NCBI GenBank assembly: GCA_964477645.1
Contig: CAYZEP010000001.1
Coordinates: forward strand, 1-51,643
DNA length: 51,643 bases
Origin: an uncultured Candidatus Bathyarchaeia archaeon
Lineage (GTDB): Archaea; Thermoproteota; Bathyarchaeia; Bathyarchaeales; Bathycorpusculaceae
Direction of reading: 5' to 3'
The notes beneath the pieces were generated by a model that searched no databases, was not told the DNA's origin, and was given only the letters and a program-made list of their open reading frames with translations. This document shows positions 43,541 through 51,643 of this stretch, one piece after another (within the stretch, counting starts at the first letter, position 1; every line of letters begins with the position of its first letter). Position numbers and translations under genes: made by a program.

Positions 43541-43684
43541 ATCCCGTTTACGTAGCTCTTTGCTATAGTATGCAGGCTTTTCTTTTAGGATTCTTGTGTG
43601 CGAGATTTACTTTTTTGTATGACAGAGCTTATTTTTTATGTCAAAAAGATGAGGCGTTACACTTTGGCTATAAAGAGGAATAAA

Positions 43685-44935
43685 ATGAACGACAATAGCA
43701 TACTTGACAATGTGTTCGAAAAATTCGTAAGTAACGCAAAGATCTATAGGGATAGAGAAGTTCTTCGGCATGATTATTTACCTGACAGACTGCCACATCG
43801 AGAAGAGCAGATTACACAGCTCGGGGAAACAGTAGCTCCCGTCTTAAAGGGTGCAAGAAACTCCAACATATTTATTTATGGAAAAACTGGGACAGGCAAG
43901 ACAGCTGTAACAAAATATGTGCTGAGTCACCTCGAGGTTAAAGCAAAGGAGTTTAACGCGCCTGTTAAGTTTTGTTACGTGAACTGCCGCATAGCCGGGT
44001 CAGAATATCGTGTCTTTGCCAGTTTATGCCAAAGTATAGGCGCGCCTGTTCCTTTCACCGGCTTGTCCGTTGGGGAAGTTTTTGATAGATTTAGAAAAGG
44101 TTTGGATGCTTCTGGAATTATTCTTATCATAGTTTTGGATGAGATTGATGCGTTAATAAAACCAAACAGTGACACTCTCCTTTATGAATTAACGAGAATA
44201 AACGAGAACTTAGGTAAGAGCAAAGTATCTCTCGTTGGCATATCTAACGATCTTCGGCTGAAGGAATTTCTTGACCCGCGTGTTTTGAGTTCTCTTAGCG
44301 AGGAAGAGATTGTTTTTAGGCCTTATGACGCCAGCGAATTAGGGAACATTCTCCTTGAACGTGCAAAATCGGCGTTTTACGATGGTGCGCTGTCCTCTAG
44401 TGCTCTGAGTCTTTGCGCTGCTTTGGCTGCTGCAGAGCATGGTGATGCTAGGCGAGCTTTGGACTTGCTGCGTGTTGCAGGTGAAGTTGCTGAACGAAGC
44501 GGTGCAAGTGTTGTGGTTGAAGAACACGTCCGAGAAGCTGAAAAGCATATTGAACACAATCGCATCACTGAAGCGCTTAAAGATCTAACTCTACATTCAA
44601 AACTTGTAGTTTTAAGCGTCTATTACTTGAATAAAACGGGTGTTCACCGCGCTATCACCGGCGAGATTTACGAAGTTTACAGTGAACTATGTGGGGAACT
44701 GAGACTTATGCCTTTAACGCAACGGCGTTTAGGCACATTGGTGAATGAACTTGATTCCATGGGACTTTTGAATGCCAAGGTCATAAGCATGGGAAGATAT
44801 GGACGCACAAAAAAGATTAGGTTGGAGGTAGCACGTACTCTTGTTAGAGATATTTTCGCAGACGACGATAGACTTGGATGCTTGAGTGACTATGAGCCGA
44901 AATGTCTTTCAAAACGTGCCAACAGTAGGAGTTGA
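43685..44935 (+). CDS. orc1: Orc1/Cdc6 replication initiator
   Basis: LRHDYLPDRLPHREEQ, Walker A YGKTGTGKT, Walker B IVLDEIDAL, sensor/lid GDARRALDLLRVAGEVAE and a C-terminal winged helix. The ATG at 43685 was chosen over the longer track ORF (43598). Confidence 0.9.
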   Translation: MNDNSILDNVFEKFVSNAKIYRDREVLRHDYLPDRLPHREEQITQLGETVAPVLKGARNSNIFIYGKTGTGKTAVTKYVLSHLEVKAKEFNAPVKFCYVNCRIAGSEYRVFASLCQSIGAPVPFTGLSVGEVFDRFRKGLDASGIILIIVLDEIDALIKPNSDTLLYELTRINENLGKSKVSLVGISNDLRLKEFLDPRVLSSLSEEEIVFRPYDASELGNILLERAKSAFYDGALSSSALSLCAALAAAEHGDARRALDLLRVAGEVAERSGASVVVEEHVREAEKHIEHNRITEALKDLTLHSKLVVLSVYYLNKTGVHRAITGEIYEVYSELCGELRLMPLTQRRLGTLVNELDSMGLLNAKVISMGRYGRTKKIRLEVARTLVRDIFADDDRLGCLSDYEPKCLSKRANSRS

Positions 44936-45539
44936 GGACGGAAGTTTCCAAAAAGGTATAACACGAAAGACTGTTCTTGCGGCTGTTTTGCTCCGGGGAG
45001 TAACGATTGAAAGCGTAAAAATCACAGGAATAACTGTTGACGGTCTAGACGCAACAAGAAAGCTCGCTGAAATCTTAAGTGAATTGGAGTTTGCCGCTCT
45101 TTTGCTCGCTGGCGTATCCTTCGCTGGCTTCAACGTAATTGACCCCTCAATAATTCATGGAAAATTTGAGAAACCAGTCATAATCATATCACAGACAAAA
45201 CCCGACAACAAAGCGGTGAAACAAGCCCTCCAACGACATTTTGAAGACTGGGAAATCCGCTGGGGAGTATTTGAGAAATTGGGCGCCATTCATAAAATTA
45301 CTGTTTTAACTGGTGAACCACCAGTATATGTTGAAACTGTAGGCGTGGGCGTTAAATGGGCTGGTAACCTTATTCGAGCTTTGTCCGTTTGTAGCAGAGT
45401 TCCCGAACCGATTCGCATCGCACGATTAATTGCACGTGGACTCTCTCAACCAAAAGGAAGAACTGTAACTTCTAATGTTTGGAGGTTCACTACAGGAACT
45501 TTTCCAGGCGTTGGAACTAGCCCAAGCCTTCTCATATAA
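44886..45539 (+). CDS. UPF0215/DUF99-family protein (endonuclease V-like fold)
   Basis: VGVEDGSF near the N-terminus, TVDGLDAT and AGFNVID resemble the DUF99 family. The start is uncertain (ATG 44886/44892 or GTG 44916), and every option overlaps the orc1 3' end. Confidence 0.5.
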   Translation: MTMSRNVFQNVPTVGVEDGSFQKGITRKTVLAAVLLRGVTIESVKITGITVDGLDATRKLAEILSELEFAALLLAGVSFAGFNVIDPSIIHGKFEKPVIIISQTKPDNKAVKQALQRHFEDWEIRWGVFEKLGAIHKITVLTGEPPVYVETVGVGVKWAGNLIRALSVCSRVPEPIRIARLIARGLSQPKGRTVTSNVWRFTTGTFPGVGTSPSLLI

Positions 45540-47002
45540 TCTGTTTGTTCCTGCCATCCGCCTGAGTTTACAACTAAAACACCACGGTAATTAGTATATC
45601 CTAGCACGTGCACATGACCAGCGTGAAAAATGTCTGGAACATGTTCAATAACCAAAAAGTCTCGGTTTTCAGGCGACAACATCGTCTTTCCACCATATAC
45701 CGGAGCCAAGTGGCGACTTTGCAACAGCAATTTCATTGCTTTTTCAGGGTGATCGTGATCCGCGTCCGGGATCGTTGAGATAACATCATCCAAACTACGA
45801 CCATGATATAGCAGCACTTCTACGTTGTGAAGGCTTAGAAGGCACGGGTTTCCAAGAGAGTAGACTTTTCTTGATTCTTGAAGTGTTTGCAAGAAGGCAT
45901 TTGATATTGCAGGTTGAGGTAGAGCTTTTCTGGGTGCGTCATGGTTTCCTGGGGTAATTATCACTTCTATATGATCAGGAATTTGTTCAATGTATTTGGC
46001 AGCAAGCCTGTATTGTTTATGAACATCTTTGACTGCTAATTCTTTTATCTGATTGGGATAAATTCCTACCCCGTCGACAATATCGCCCGCTATCAGAACG
46101 TATTTGACGTGACTTGCTATTTCCCTCATTTTTTCGTTTCCATATTTGCCGTTAAGCCATAAGGTGAAGCGGTTGAATGCTTCTCTTTGGAATTTTGTGC
46201 TTCCTACATGCATATCTGAGGTGAGCACTGCATAAACTGGTAAAGAAGCTTTGTGTTGAGGCTTTTGAGCTATGTCTGGTAGGGTTATTTCTTCAGCTAT
46301 TAAGAGGTTGCTTCTTGCCTTTACAACACTTAAACAGATAACTTGATCAAGCAAGAGCAATCGCGCTTTTTTCATTAATTCTTGCGGAGCGTTTTGTGGC
46401 ACGAGCACTGTGGCATTTGCATGCAGATCCTCAACAGTTAATATTATCCTCTGCTTTGATTCCCTTCTCTCCGTTATCATGCCGATTATTTTGAGTTTCA
46501 TATTCGCTGGAGCTTTTAGGGCGTCAATTATTGACGCTGCAGTTTTAACGTCTATTCTTTGCCTTAGCAGTTTTTCTGTTCGCTTGAATCTGTCTCGAAA
46601 ATATTCCAAATAATCTTCGATTGTTCCGCTAGAACTTAGCTTCGTGCTTGGATCTTCGATTATGTTGATGCTTGCTTCATTTTCTCTTGCATATGGACGA
46701 AATTCTTTTTTTCCTTCTGCTATTTGCGGTTCTGGCAATGTTTGAAGGGGCTCCTCGGATGGGTGAGTAAGAAATTCTTCAGTTGGTTCAGACTCCTTCA
46801 TCAGTTGTTCCAAGAAGCTTCTGTCAATGAATAGGGGCTTTTCTTTTAGGCTTTCTATTTTTTGTATTGCCTTGCTGATGATTTCTGTGGGGTCTTCTGT
46901 TGCGGCTACAATGTTCAGGAATTCGAAGGCTTCCTTGTTAAGTTGGTACCCTGCCGCAATTGTTGTCTCTACAGCCTTTTGCAATTTTTCAGGTGCACTC
47001 AT
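45446..47002 (-). CDS. dp1: DNA polymerase II (PolD) small subunit DP1 (Mre11-like phosphoesterase)
   Basis: 518 aa. An OB-fold region is followed by calcineurin-like motifs: SDMHVGS, IAGDIVDGVG, PGNHD, YHG and HAGHVH. Confidence 0.9.
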   Translation of the reverse strand: MSAPEKLQKAVETTIAAGYQLNKEAFEFLNIVAATEDPTEIISKAIQKIESLKEKPLFIDRSFLEQLMKESEPTEEFLTHPSEEPLQTLPEPQIAEGKKEFRPYARENEASINIIEDPSTKLSSSGTIEDYLEYFRDRFKRTEKLLRQRIDVKTAASIIDALKAPANMKLKIIGMITERRESKQRIILTVEDLHANATVLVPQNAPQELMKKARLLLLDQVICLSVVKARSNLLIAEEITLPDIAQKPQHKASLPVYAVLTSDMHVGSTKFQREAFNRFTLWLNGKYGNEKMREIASHVKYVLIAGDIVDGVGIYPNQIKELAVKDVHKQYRLAAKYIEQIPDHIEVIITPGNHDAPRKALPQPAISNAFLQTLQESRKVYSLGNPCLLSLHNVEVLLYHGRSLDDVISTIPDADHDHPEKAMKLLLQSRHLAPVYGGKTMLSPENRDFLVIEHVPDIFHAGHVHVLGYTNYRGVLVVNSGGWQEQTDYMRRLGLVPTPGKVPVVNLQTLEVTVLPFG

Positions 47003-47586
47003 ACTTGCAGTGTTCTCCAGTCTTGCTTTTTTGGGATGATTATGTAGCCCTCTTCTTCATCCCCTATTGCCTCTGTCTGTTTTTGCATATAGAGGTATGC
47101 TGTCAAGGCAGCAGTGATCGCGTCGATTTCATGTGGTGTCAAGGCGCGCGTAGTGAGTTCTCCTTCTAAACCTATATGCGTTAATAGCGTTTGAATTTTC
47201 CGCCAGTCTTTTGATGGCATGTTTAGGGCTTTACGCGTTGATGTTGGATGTACTTCTATTATTTTATATCCTTTTTCCGCTATCAACCTGTTTAATTTTG
47301 TGGCACGTACTGTTAGTTTTCTCATGGCAGGAAGGCTTGGCGGAAAAACGCGATACCCTTTTCTTATCATCTCTTTATCCGCGTTTCTGAGGATTCCCTT
47401 TTTTGGGAGATTGAACGGGGCGTCAATTGCTATGATTGCTGGTTTGTTGCGCGCTACGCCTTTCAGGATTTCGTCATCCGCATAGAATAGGCTGGTTTTC
47501 AGTGTTCTATTTTTCCATAAAGCCCATCCCGTGGGGTTTTCTGAGTTCCCAGCCAAGTCTATACCAATTATAACTTTGTTCTTCAA
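46999..47586 (-). CDS. predicted RNase H-fold nuclease (COG2410/DUF429-like)
   Basis: 195 aa. IIGIDLAGNSENPTGWALW and IIAIDAP fit the N-terminal acidic motifs of that family (from memory). A 4-nt overlap with the dp1 start suggests co-transcription. Confidence 0.4.
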   Translation of the reverse strand: MKNKVIIGIDLAGNSENPTGWALWKNRTLKTSLFYADDEILKGVARNKPAIIAIDAPFNLPKKGILRNADKEMIRKGYRVFPPSLPAMRKLTVRATKLNRLIAEKGYKIIEVHPTSTRKALNMPSKDWRKIQTLLTHIGLEGELTTRALTPHEIDAITAALTAYLYMQKQTEAIGDEEEGYIIIPKKQDWRTLQV

Positions 47587-47667
47587 TTCTAAGGCTCACT
47601 TTTATGTTTATACATTGGCTTTTTGTCTAGATGAGTTAATATTACAGTTCTGCAGATCAATTACTGG

Positions 47668-48663
47668 ATGGTGATGTTGATGAGTGCAATGCGCAAGGTT
47701 CAACGCACCCCAGGCGGCACATTTTTTGTTTGTATGCCTAAATCTTGGGCGGAGCACTATGGGTTAAAGCGAGGATCCGTGGTCTCTCTCAGCGAAACTA
47801 GCGATGGCAGGCTTCTTATTGACCCCAAATTTGGGGCTGAACCTTCTCCTCGCACTATTATTTTAAAGCCTGGGCCTATTCTGAGCCGTGAAATCATAGG
47901 GAAGTATTTGCTTGGCTTTGACATTATTACCGTTGAGGTGAAGGAACGTATTAGTTTTGAGGTGCGAGAAAGTGTTAAGAAGACGGTTAGCCGTTTAATA
48001 GGTTTAGAAATTGTTGAGGAAGATTACTCAAGTATTACTTTGCAATGTTTGCTGGAACCTTCGGGATTCCCACCAGAAAAAATTCTTCGCCGAGGTTATG
48101 CTATAGCTGCTGGCATGCACCGCGACGTAGTTAATGCTTTGGTGGACGGGGACTTACATTTAGCCAAAAGTGTCATAGCCAGAGACGAAGAAGTCAACAG
48201 GCTTTACTTCCTTTTAGTTCGCATTTTGCGTACTATTATTCAGAACCCTAGTTTAAACGAGAAATTGGGTGTTCAACCAATTGAATGCTTGGATTATCGT
48301 TTAGCAGCGAGTCTGGTGGAGGCAATTGGTGATGAATGTGTACGAGTAGCGCTGAAAACGGTTGAATTAAAAGGTGCAAAACTGGCTGGAGACTTAAAGA
48401 AGTTGTTCGTTGACTTTCATACATCCTGCTTTGAGGCTCATGAAAACGCTTTGAAAGCCTTTTTTACGGGTGACATATCGTTAGCAGAAGATGTACGTGG
48501 CATGCGTGAAAAAATCGAAAAAACGTCTACCAATATTGAGAAGGTTGCTAGGGAGCAATCGCTTGATGTTGTGCCGCAAATTCTAGCGATAGCTTCGTTT
48601 TTAAGGCAGACTTATGAGCACAGTGTGGACATAGCAGACTTGGTGGTGCCTAAAAGACTATAG
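47668..48663 (+). CDS. AbrB/SpoVT-domain plus PhoU-domain regulator (archaeal phosphate-uptake-regulator-like)
   Basis: The N-terminus RKVQRTPGGTFFVCMPKSWAEHYGLKRGSVV is a SpoVT/AbrB swapped hairpin. Two PhoU-like helical repeats follow (ARDEEVNRLYFLLVRIL, LASFLRQTYEHSVDIADL). The real start may be the ATG at 47689. Confidence 0.7.
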   Translation: MVMLMSAMRKVQRTPGGTFFVCMPKSWAEHYGLKRGSVVSLSETSDGRLLIDPKFGAEPSPRTIILKPGPILSREIIGKYLLGFDIITVEVKERISFEVRESVKKTVSRLIGLEIVEEDYSSITLQCLLEPSGFPPEKILRRGYAIAAGMHRDVVNALVDGDLHLAKSVIARDEEVNRLYFLLVRILRTIIQNPSLNEKLGVQPIECLDYRLAASLVEAIGDECVRVALKTVELKGAKLAGDLKKLFVDFHTSCFEAHENALKAFFTGDISLAEDVRGMREKIEKTSTNIEKVAREQSLDVVPQILAIASFLRQTYEHSVDIADLVVPKRL

Positions 48664-48675
48664 ACCAATGACTTT

Positions 48676-49896
48676 TTAGTAAGGAATTTTATCTACTTTT
48701 TGCGGTGGTTTAGTTAGTGAAACATTATCACCTATTTTTAATTCACTGATGTACTGAACTTCGCCGTTTATGTCACAGTGAGATTCGATTGTGACGTTTT
48801 CGCCATAAACATTTTCTGCGTATGCTCCCCTTCCTAGATGAATTCGCTTTCCATAAATATTCTCGACGTGTGCATCTTTGCCGATATTGATTTGGTCTGC
48901 CTTTATTGATCCGCGAACTTCTCCTCTGTTGCCTATTTCAACAAAACGTGCGGTTGTACCTTCTACCGTGTTTATCGAGCCACCTACTTCCACGCGACCT
49001 TCTGCAGTAGCTTTTCTTGCACGTAGCACTCCGCCGACTTCAATGTTTTCTGCCGAAATATCACCGCCGATTTCCACTATTCCTCCTACGTCTAATGTTC
49101 CTAACAGCTTTAAAGATCCGCCGACTTCTAGTTTGCCACCAACATCTATCTCGCCACCTTCGCCTGAACCTGTTATTTCTACTCTACCGCCTGCATCGAT
49201 GTCTTCAAAACTTAAGTCCCCTTCGACTTTAAATGAGCCTCCTACATCTATTTTACGACCTTTGTTTTTGTTGGAGAGTCGGACAGTTCCCCCAACATCT
49301 ATACTTTCAAACTCTAACTGGTCACTTGCTTCAAAGCTTCCGCCAACATCTATTTCATAAATTCTGCCGCCTTTTACTTTAGCTGCTCCTCCTACTTCAA
49401 GTGTTTTGATATCGACTTTTGATTCGATTGAAAGGCTTCCGCCTACGTCAATTTCATCCACTTTCACTTCTCCTTTAGCTTTGAAGCTTCCTCCTACGTC
49501 TACGTTTTCGGCCTTCACTGTTCCATCTACGTTTAAGCTTCCGCCAACATCTATTTCTTCAGAAACAAGGTCCTTACTAACAAATAACGCCTCGTCTACA
49601 TCAATGCGCTTCGCAGTCATCTTTCCGTAAACTTCTAGGTGGCCGTCTTCGACTTCAACTTTATTTTCTATTTCCAAATCTCCGCTGATTTTTACGTTAC
49701 CCTCTGCTTCCAAGTTTTCAGCTGAAAGATTGCATTCTAAGATGTTGCTTCCTTCGCAGTAAACCGTACCCGAAACCTTCAACCTAGGCGGTGTACCAGT
49801 TCCTTTTATAGTTGAGTGTCCACCCACTAACAAGTCTCCGTTTACGATGTCTAATGTCACCGTACTTCTTGAGGGAACAGATATTTTTTGGCTCAT
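48676..49896 (-). CDS. bactofilin-like beta-helical repeat protein (polymer-forming cytoskeletal family)
   Basis: 406 aa. About 14 consecutive repeats of roughly 18-20 aa are centred on (I/V)DVGGS(F/L).(V/A).G, e.g. EIDVGGSLNVDGTVKAENVDVGGSFKAKGEVKVDEIDVGGSLSIE. The terminal turns are degenerate. Confidence 0.6.
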   Translation of the reverse strand: MSQKISVPSRSTVTLDIVNGDLLVGGHSTIKGTGTPPRLKVSGTVYCEGSNILECNLSAENLEAEGNVKISGDLEIENKVEVEDGHLEVYGKMTAKRIDVDEALFVSKDLVSEEIDVGGSLNVDGTVKAENVDVGGSFKAKGEVKVDEIDVGGSLSIESKVDIKTLEVGGAAKVKGGRIYEIDVGGSFEASDQLEFESIDVGGTVRLSNKNKGRKIDVGGSFKVEGDLSFEDIDAGGRVEITGSGEGGEIDVGGKLEVGGSLKLLGTLDVGGIVEIGGDISAENIEVGGVLRARKATAEGRVEVGGSINTVEGTTARFVEIGNRGEVRGSIKADQINIGKDAHVENIYGKRIHLGRGAYAENVYGENVTIESHCDINGEVQYISELKIGDNVSLTKPPQKVDKIPY

Positions 49897-49971
49897 TTTT
49901 TAACACCTGATATGGAATTATAACATGATAGTTAAAAAGGGGAACTCACGTTTAGTGACTGCTTTATGTTG

Positions 49972-50220
49972 CTAAATAGTCCGTGTATTTCTGAGCAGAA
50001 GATAGGTTGCTTTATTCTTTTCTTGTTCCGCTTTTATCTTATGAGCTTTTGCCGTTTCAGCTAGTATGTATGTGGAAATTTTATTCTCTGATTTTGAGTG
50101 GTTCATTTTTGTATAGACGTTTCTAATAATGCCGAATATTTTTGCTCCAAGAGCAGCATTCTCTTTTGTTTTTTGTTCCCAACCAAATTCGCTTTTTATG
50201 TGATTTGCCATTTTATTCAC
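49972..50220 (-). CDS. hypothetical small protein
   Basis: 82-aa Lys-rich ORF with no recognisable motif. Confidence 0.25.
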   Translation of the reverse strand: MNKMANHIKSEFGWEQKTKENAALGAKIFGIIRNVYTKMNHSKSENKISTYILAETAKAHKIKAEQEKNKATYLLLRNTRTI

Positions 50221-50318
50221 CTCGTTTTTTTAATTGAATAGAAGTAACCTTCTACAGCCCTTAAAAGGCGACGCACATGATGAGAACACGTTTTGTAGTT
50301 ACAACTTGTTACTATTAC

Positions 50319-50594
50319 CTATTCTTCTAAAGCGGCGAAGAATTTCCGCATACGCTTGAATGTTTCTAAATATTCCAATCCCCATTTTGTTGCTCTATAC
50401 TTCTTCGAGTCGCTTACAACTATTTCTCGCACAAACCCGTGCGAAACAAGAAAATTTAGGATGTTCTTTGTTCGGTCAACAGGCATGTTTGCTCCATAAG
50501 AAATCCTAGTTAAAGAGCATAACCCCTTCTTAGCAATTATCTCTATCACGTCAGCGTAAATATCATATTTTGTTCTTCTCTGTTCGTTGGGCAA
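50319..50594 (-). CDS. small winged-helix DNA-binding protein
   Basis: 91 aa. DIYADVIEIIAKKGLCSLTRISYGANMPVDRTKNILNFLVSHGFVRE is typical of archaeal stand-alone wHTH regulators. Confidence 0.5.
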   Translation of the reverse strand: MPNEQRRTKYDIYADVIEIIAKKGLCSLTRISYGANMPVDRTKNILNFLVSHGFVREIVVSDSKKYRATKWGLEYLETFKRMRKFFAALEE

Positions 50595-50664
50595 GGGACA
50601 TTTTTCCTCGAATTTACACTATTATTAAATGCTGCATGCCTAATCTTAATTTTGGTGAGTAAGC

Positions 50665-51480
50665 ATGCATCCAGCAGTCTCTGGTGGGAAACAATACCAT
50701 ATTGCATGCGGGAAAGGTGACTTAACGGAGTATCTGCTTGTACCTGGTGACCCGGACCGTGTTCCGAAAATTGCCAAATTTTGGGTTTCCACTAAAGAAG
50801 TAGCTTGTCACCGTGAATTCCGAAGCTTTAAAGGCAAATACAAAGGCGTGCCAATTTCAGCCTTGTCAAGTGGTATTGGTCCAGCTTGTATGGCTATTGT
50901 TGTTAATGAGGCTTCTCGTATAGGTGTGCACACGTTTATTCGTGTTGGCAGCACTGGTGCAATACAAAGGGACATTGACTGCGGAGACGTGATTATTTCT
51001 TCTGCCGCTGTACGACTTGACTACACGAGCAATTGTTACATTATGCCCGAGTATCCCGCTGTGGCTAACTATGAAGTTTTGTTAGCATTAATTGAAGCGG
51101 CTGAAAGCCTGGACATAAGCAACTATCATGTTGGCATAACAGCAACAACAGCAGATTTCTACGCGGGGCAAAGCCGCACAGCGAAGGCATCCGCGGCTCG
51201 AATGGAAGACTTGCTTCCAACTCTACAGAAGGCTGGCGTTCTAAACTTTGAGATGGAAACAGCAACACTATACACTTTAGCAAGTCTCAATGGGCTACGA
51301 GCAGGTTCCATATGTGCAGTTTATGCCAACAGATGCATGAACCAATTTAAAGAAGGAGCAGGCGAAGAAAACGCCATAAAAATCGCAAACGAAGCCGCAA
51401 AAATACTGTATGAATGGGACGCGATGAAACGCAAGGAAAAGAAAAGATGGTTTTTTCCGTCACTAGTGACTATTCGATGA
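50665..51480 (+). CDS. udp: nucleoside phosphorylase, PNP/UDP-1 family (uridine phosphorylase-like)
   Basis: 271 aa. VPGDPDRV, RVGSTGA and NFEMETATLYTLA motifs. Confidence 0.7.
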   Translation: MHPAVSGGKQYHIACGKGDLTEYLLVPGDPDRVPKIAKFWVSTKEVACHREFRSFKGKYKGVPISALSSGIGPACMAIVVNEASRIGVHTFIRVGSTGAIQRDIDCGDVIISSAAVRLDYTSNCYIMPEYPAVANYEVLLALIEAAESLDISNYHVGITATTADFYAGQSRTAKASAARMEDLLPTLQKAGVLNFEMETATLYTLASLNGLRAGSICAVYANRCMNQFKEGAGEENAIKIANEAAKILYEWDAMKRKEKKRWFFPSLVTIR

Positions 51481-51515
51481 AAACCCTTTTAGAAGCAAAC
51501 AATATTGTTTTACTT

Positions 51516-51643
51516 GCCGGGGTGGCGGAGTGGTTAACGCGCTGGCCTCGAGATCAAGGACCTATATATAAGGGGGCTAGATACAATGAGACAAGTAAGC
51601 CAGTGGGCCTTCGGGCTCGCAGGGGTTCGAATCCCTTCCCCGG
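51516..51643 (+). tRNA. tRNA-Ser(CGA) with a 45-nt intron; the 3' end is cut by the window edge
   Basis: Acceptor GCCGGGG pairs with CCCCGG(C). D arm GCG-GAGTGGTTAA-CGC. Anticodon stem CTGGC/GCCAG with loop CTCGAG[intron 51553-51597]A. Long variable arm TGGGCCTTCGGGCTCGC. T arm AGGGG-TTCGAAT-CCCTT. Confidence 0.85.

Noticed and set aside
48676-49896. Periodic nucleotide repetition (ccgccaacatct / cctccaacgtc variants) could be mistaken for a CRISPR array or a tandem repeat.
   Set aside because: The units are imperfect, contiguous and in frame. They encode the (I/V)DVGGS repeat of one long ORF, and there is no repeat-spacer architecture.

Overview
This is an archaeal chromosomal window. All product calls come from motif recognition by eye; no BLAST or HMM search was run. 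The gene set includes both PolD subunits, Orc1/Cdc6, Alba, aIF5A, an Elf1-like zinc ribbon, GGGP synthase, Dph2, Csl4, RpoL, L10e, Sec61beta and an intron-containing tRNA. PolD together with Elf1 and a four-subunit 2-oxoacid:ferredoxin oxidoreductase suggests an anaerobic TACK-type (Bathyarchaeia-like) lineage, but that is inference only. Most of the 51.6 kb is densely packed housekeeping DNA. No CRISPR array, rRNA gene or recognisable integrase or transposase was found.

Parts that stand out:
1. At 16117-19687, a 3.5-kb AT-rich insertion is bounded by perfect 68-bp direct repeats that duplicate the convergent 3' ends of an ABC-permease gene and a GNAT gene. It carries a 769-aa fusion of thioredoxin, a DsbD/CcdA-like membrane domain and a cysteine-rich, Ser/Thr-stalked surface domain. 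It also carries a decayed Orc1/Cdc6-like gene.
2. At 43334-43540, a textbook replication origin has two inverted ORB elements around a 153-bp AT-rich unwinding element, just upstream of orc1/cdc6.
3. At 39770-42885, an orphan wHTH-NurA-HerA module lies directly next to the origin.
4. At 38751-39040, a dense TGTGAT/ATCACA array precedes a membrane-anchored coiled-coil wHTH protein.
5. At roughly 225-1560, synonymous sites are almost only A or C on the + strand, whichever strand the gene is on.
6. A 57-aa Sec61beta gene is missing from the ORF track.
7. The catalytic N-terminus of the Nob1 PIN domain lies upstream of any canonical start codon.
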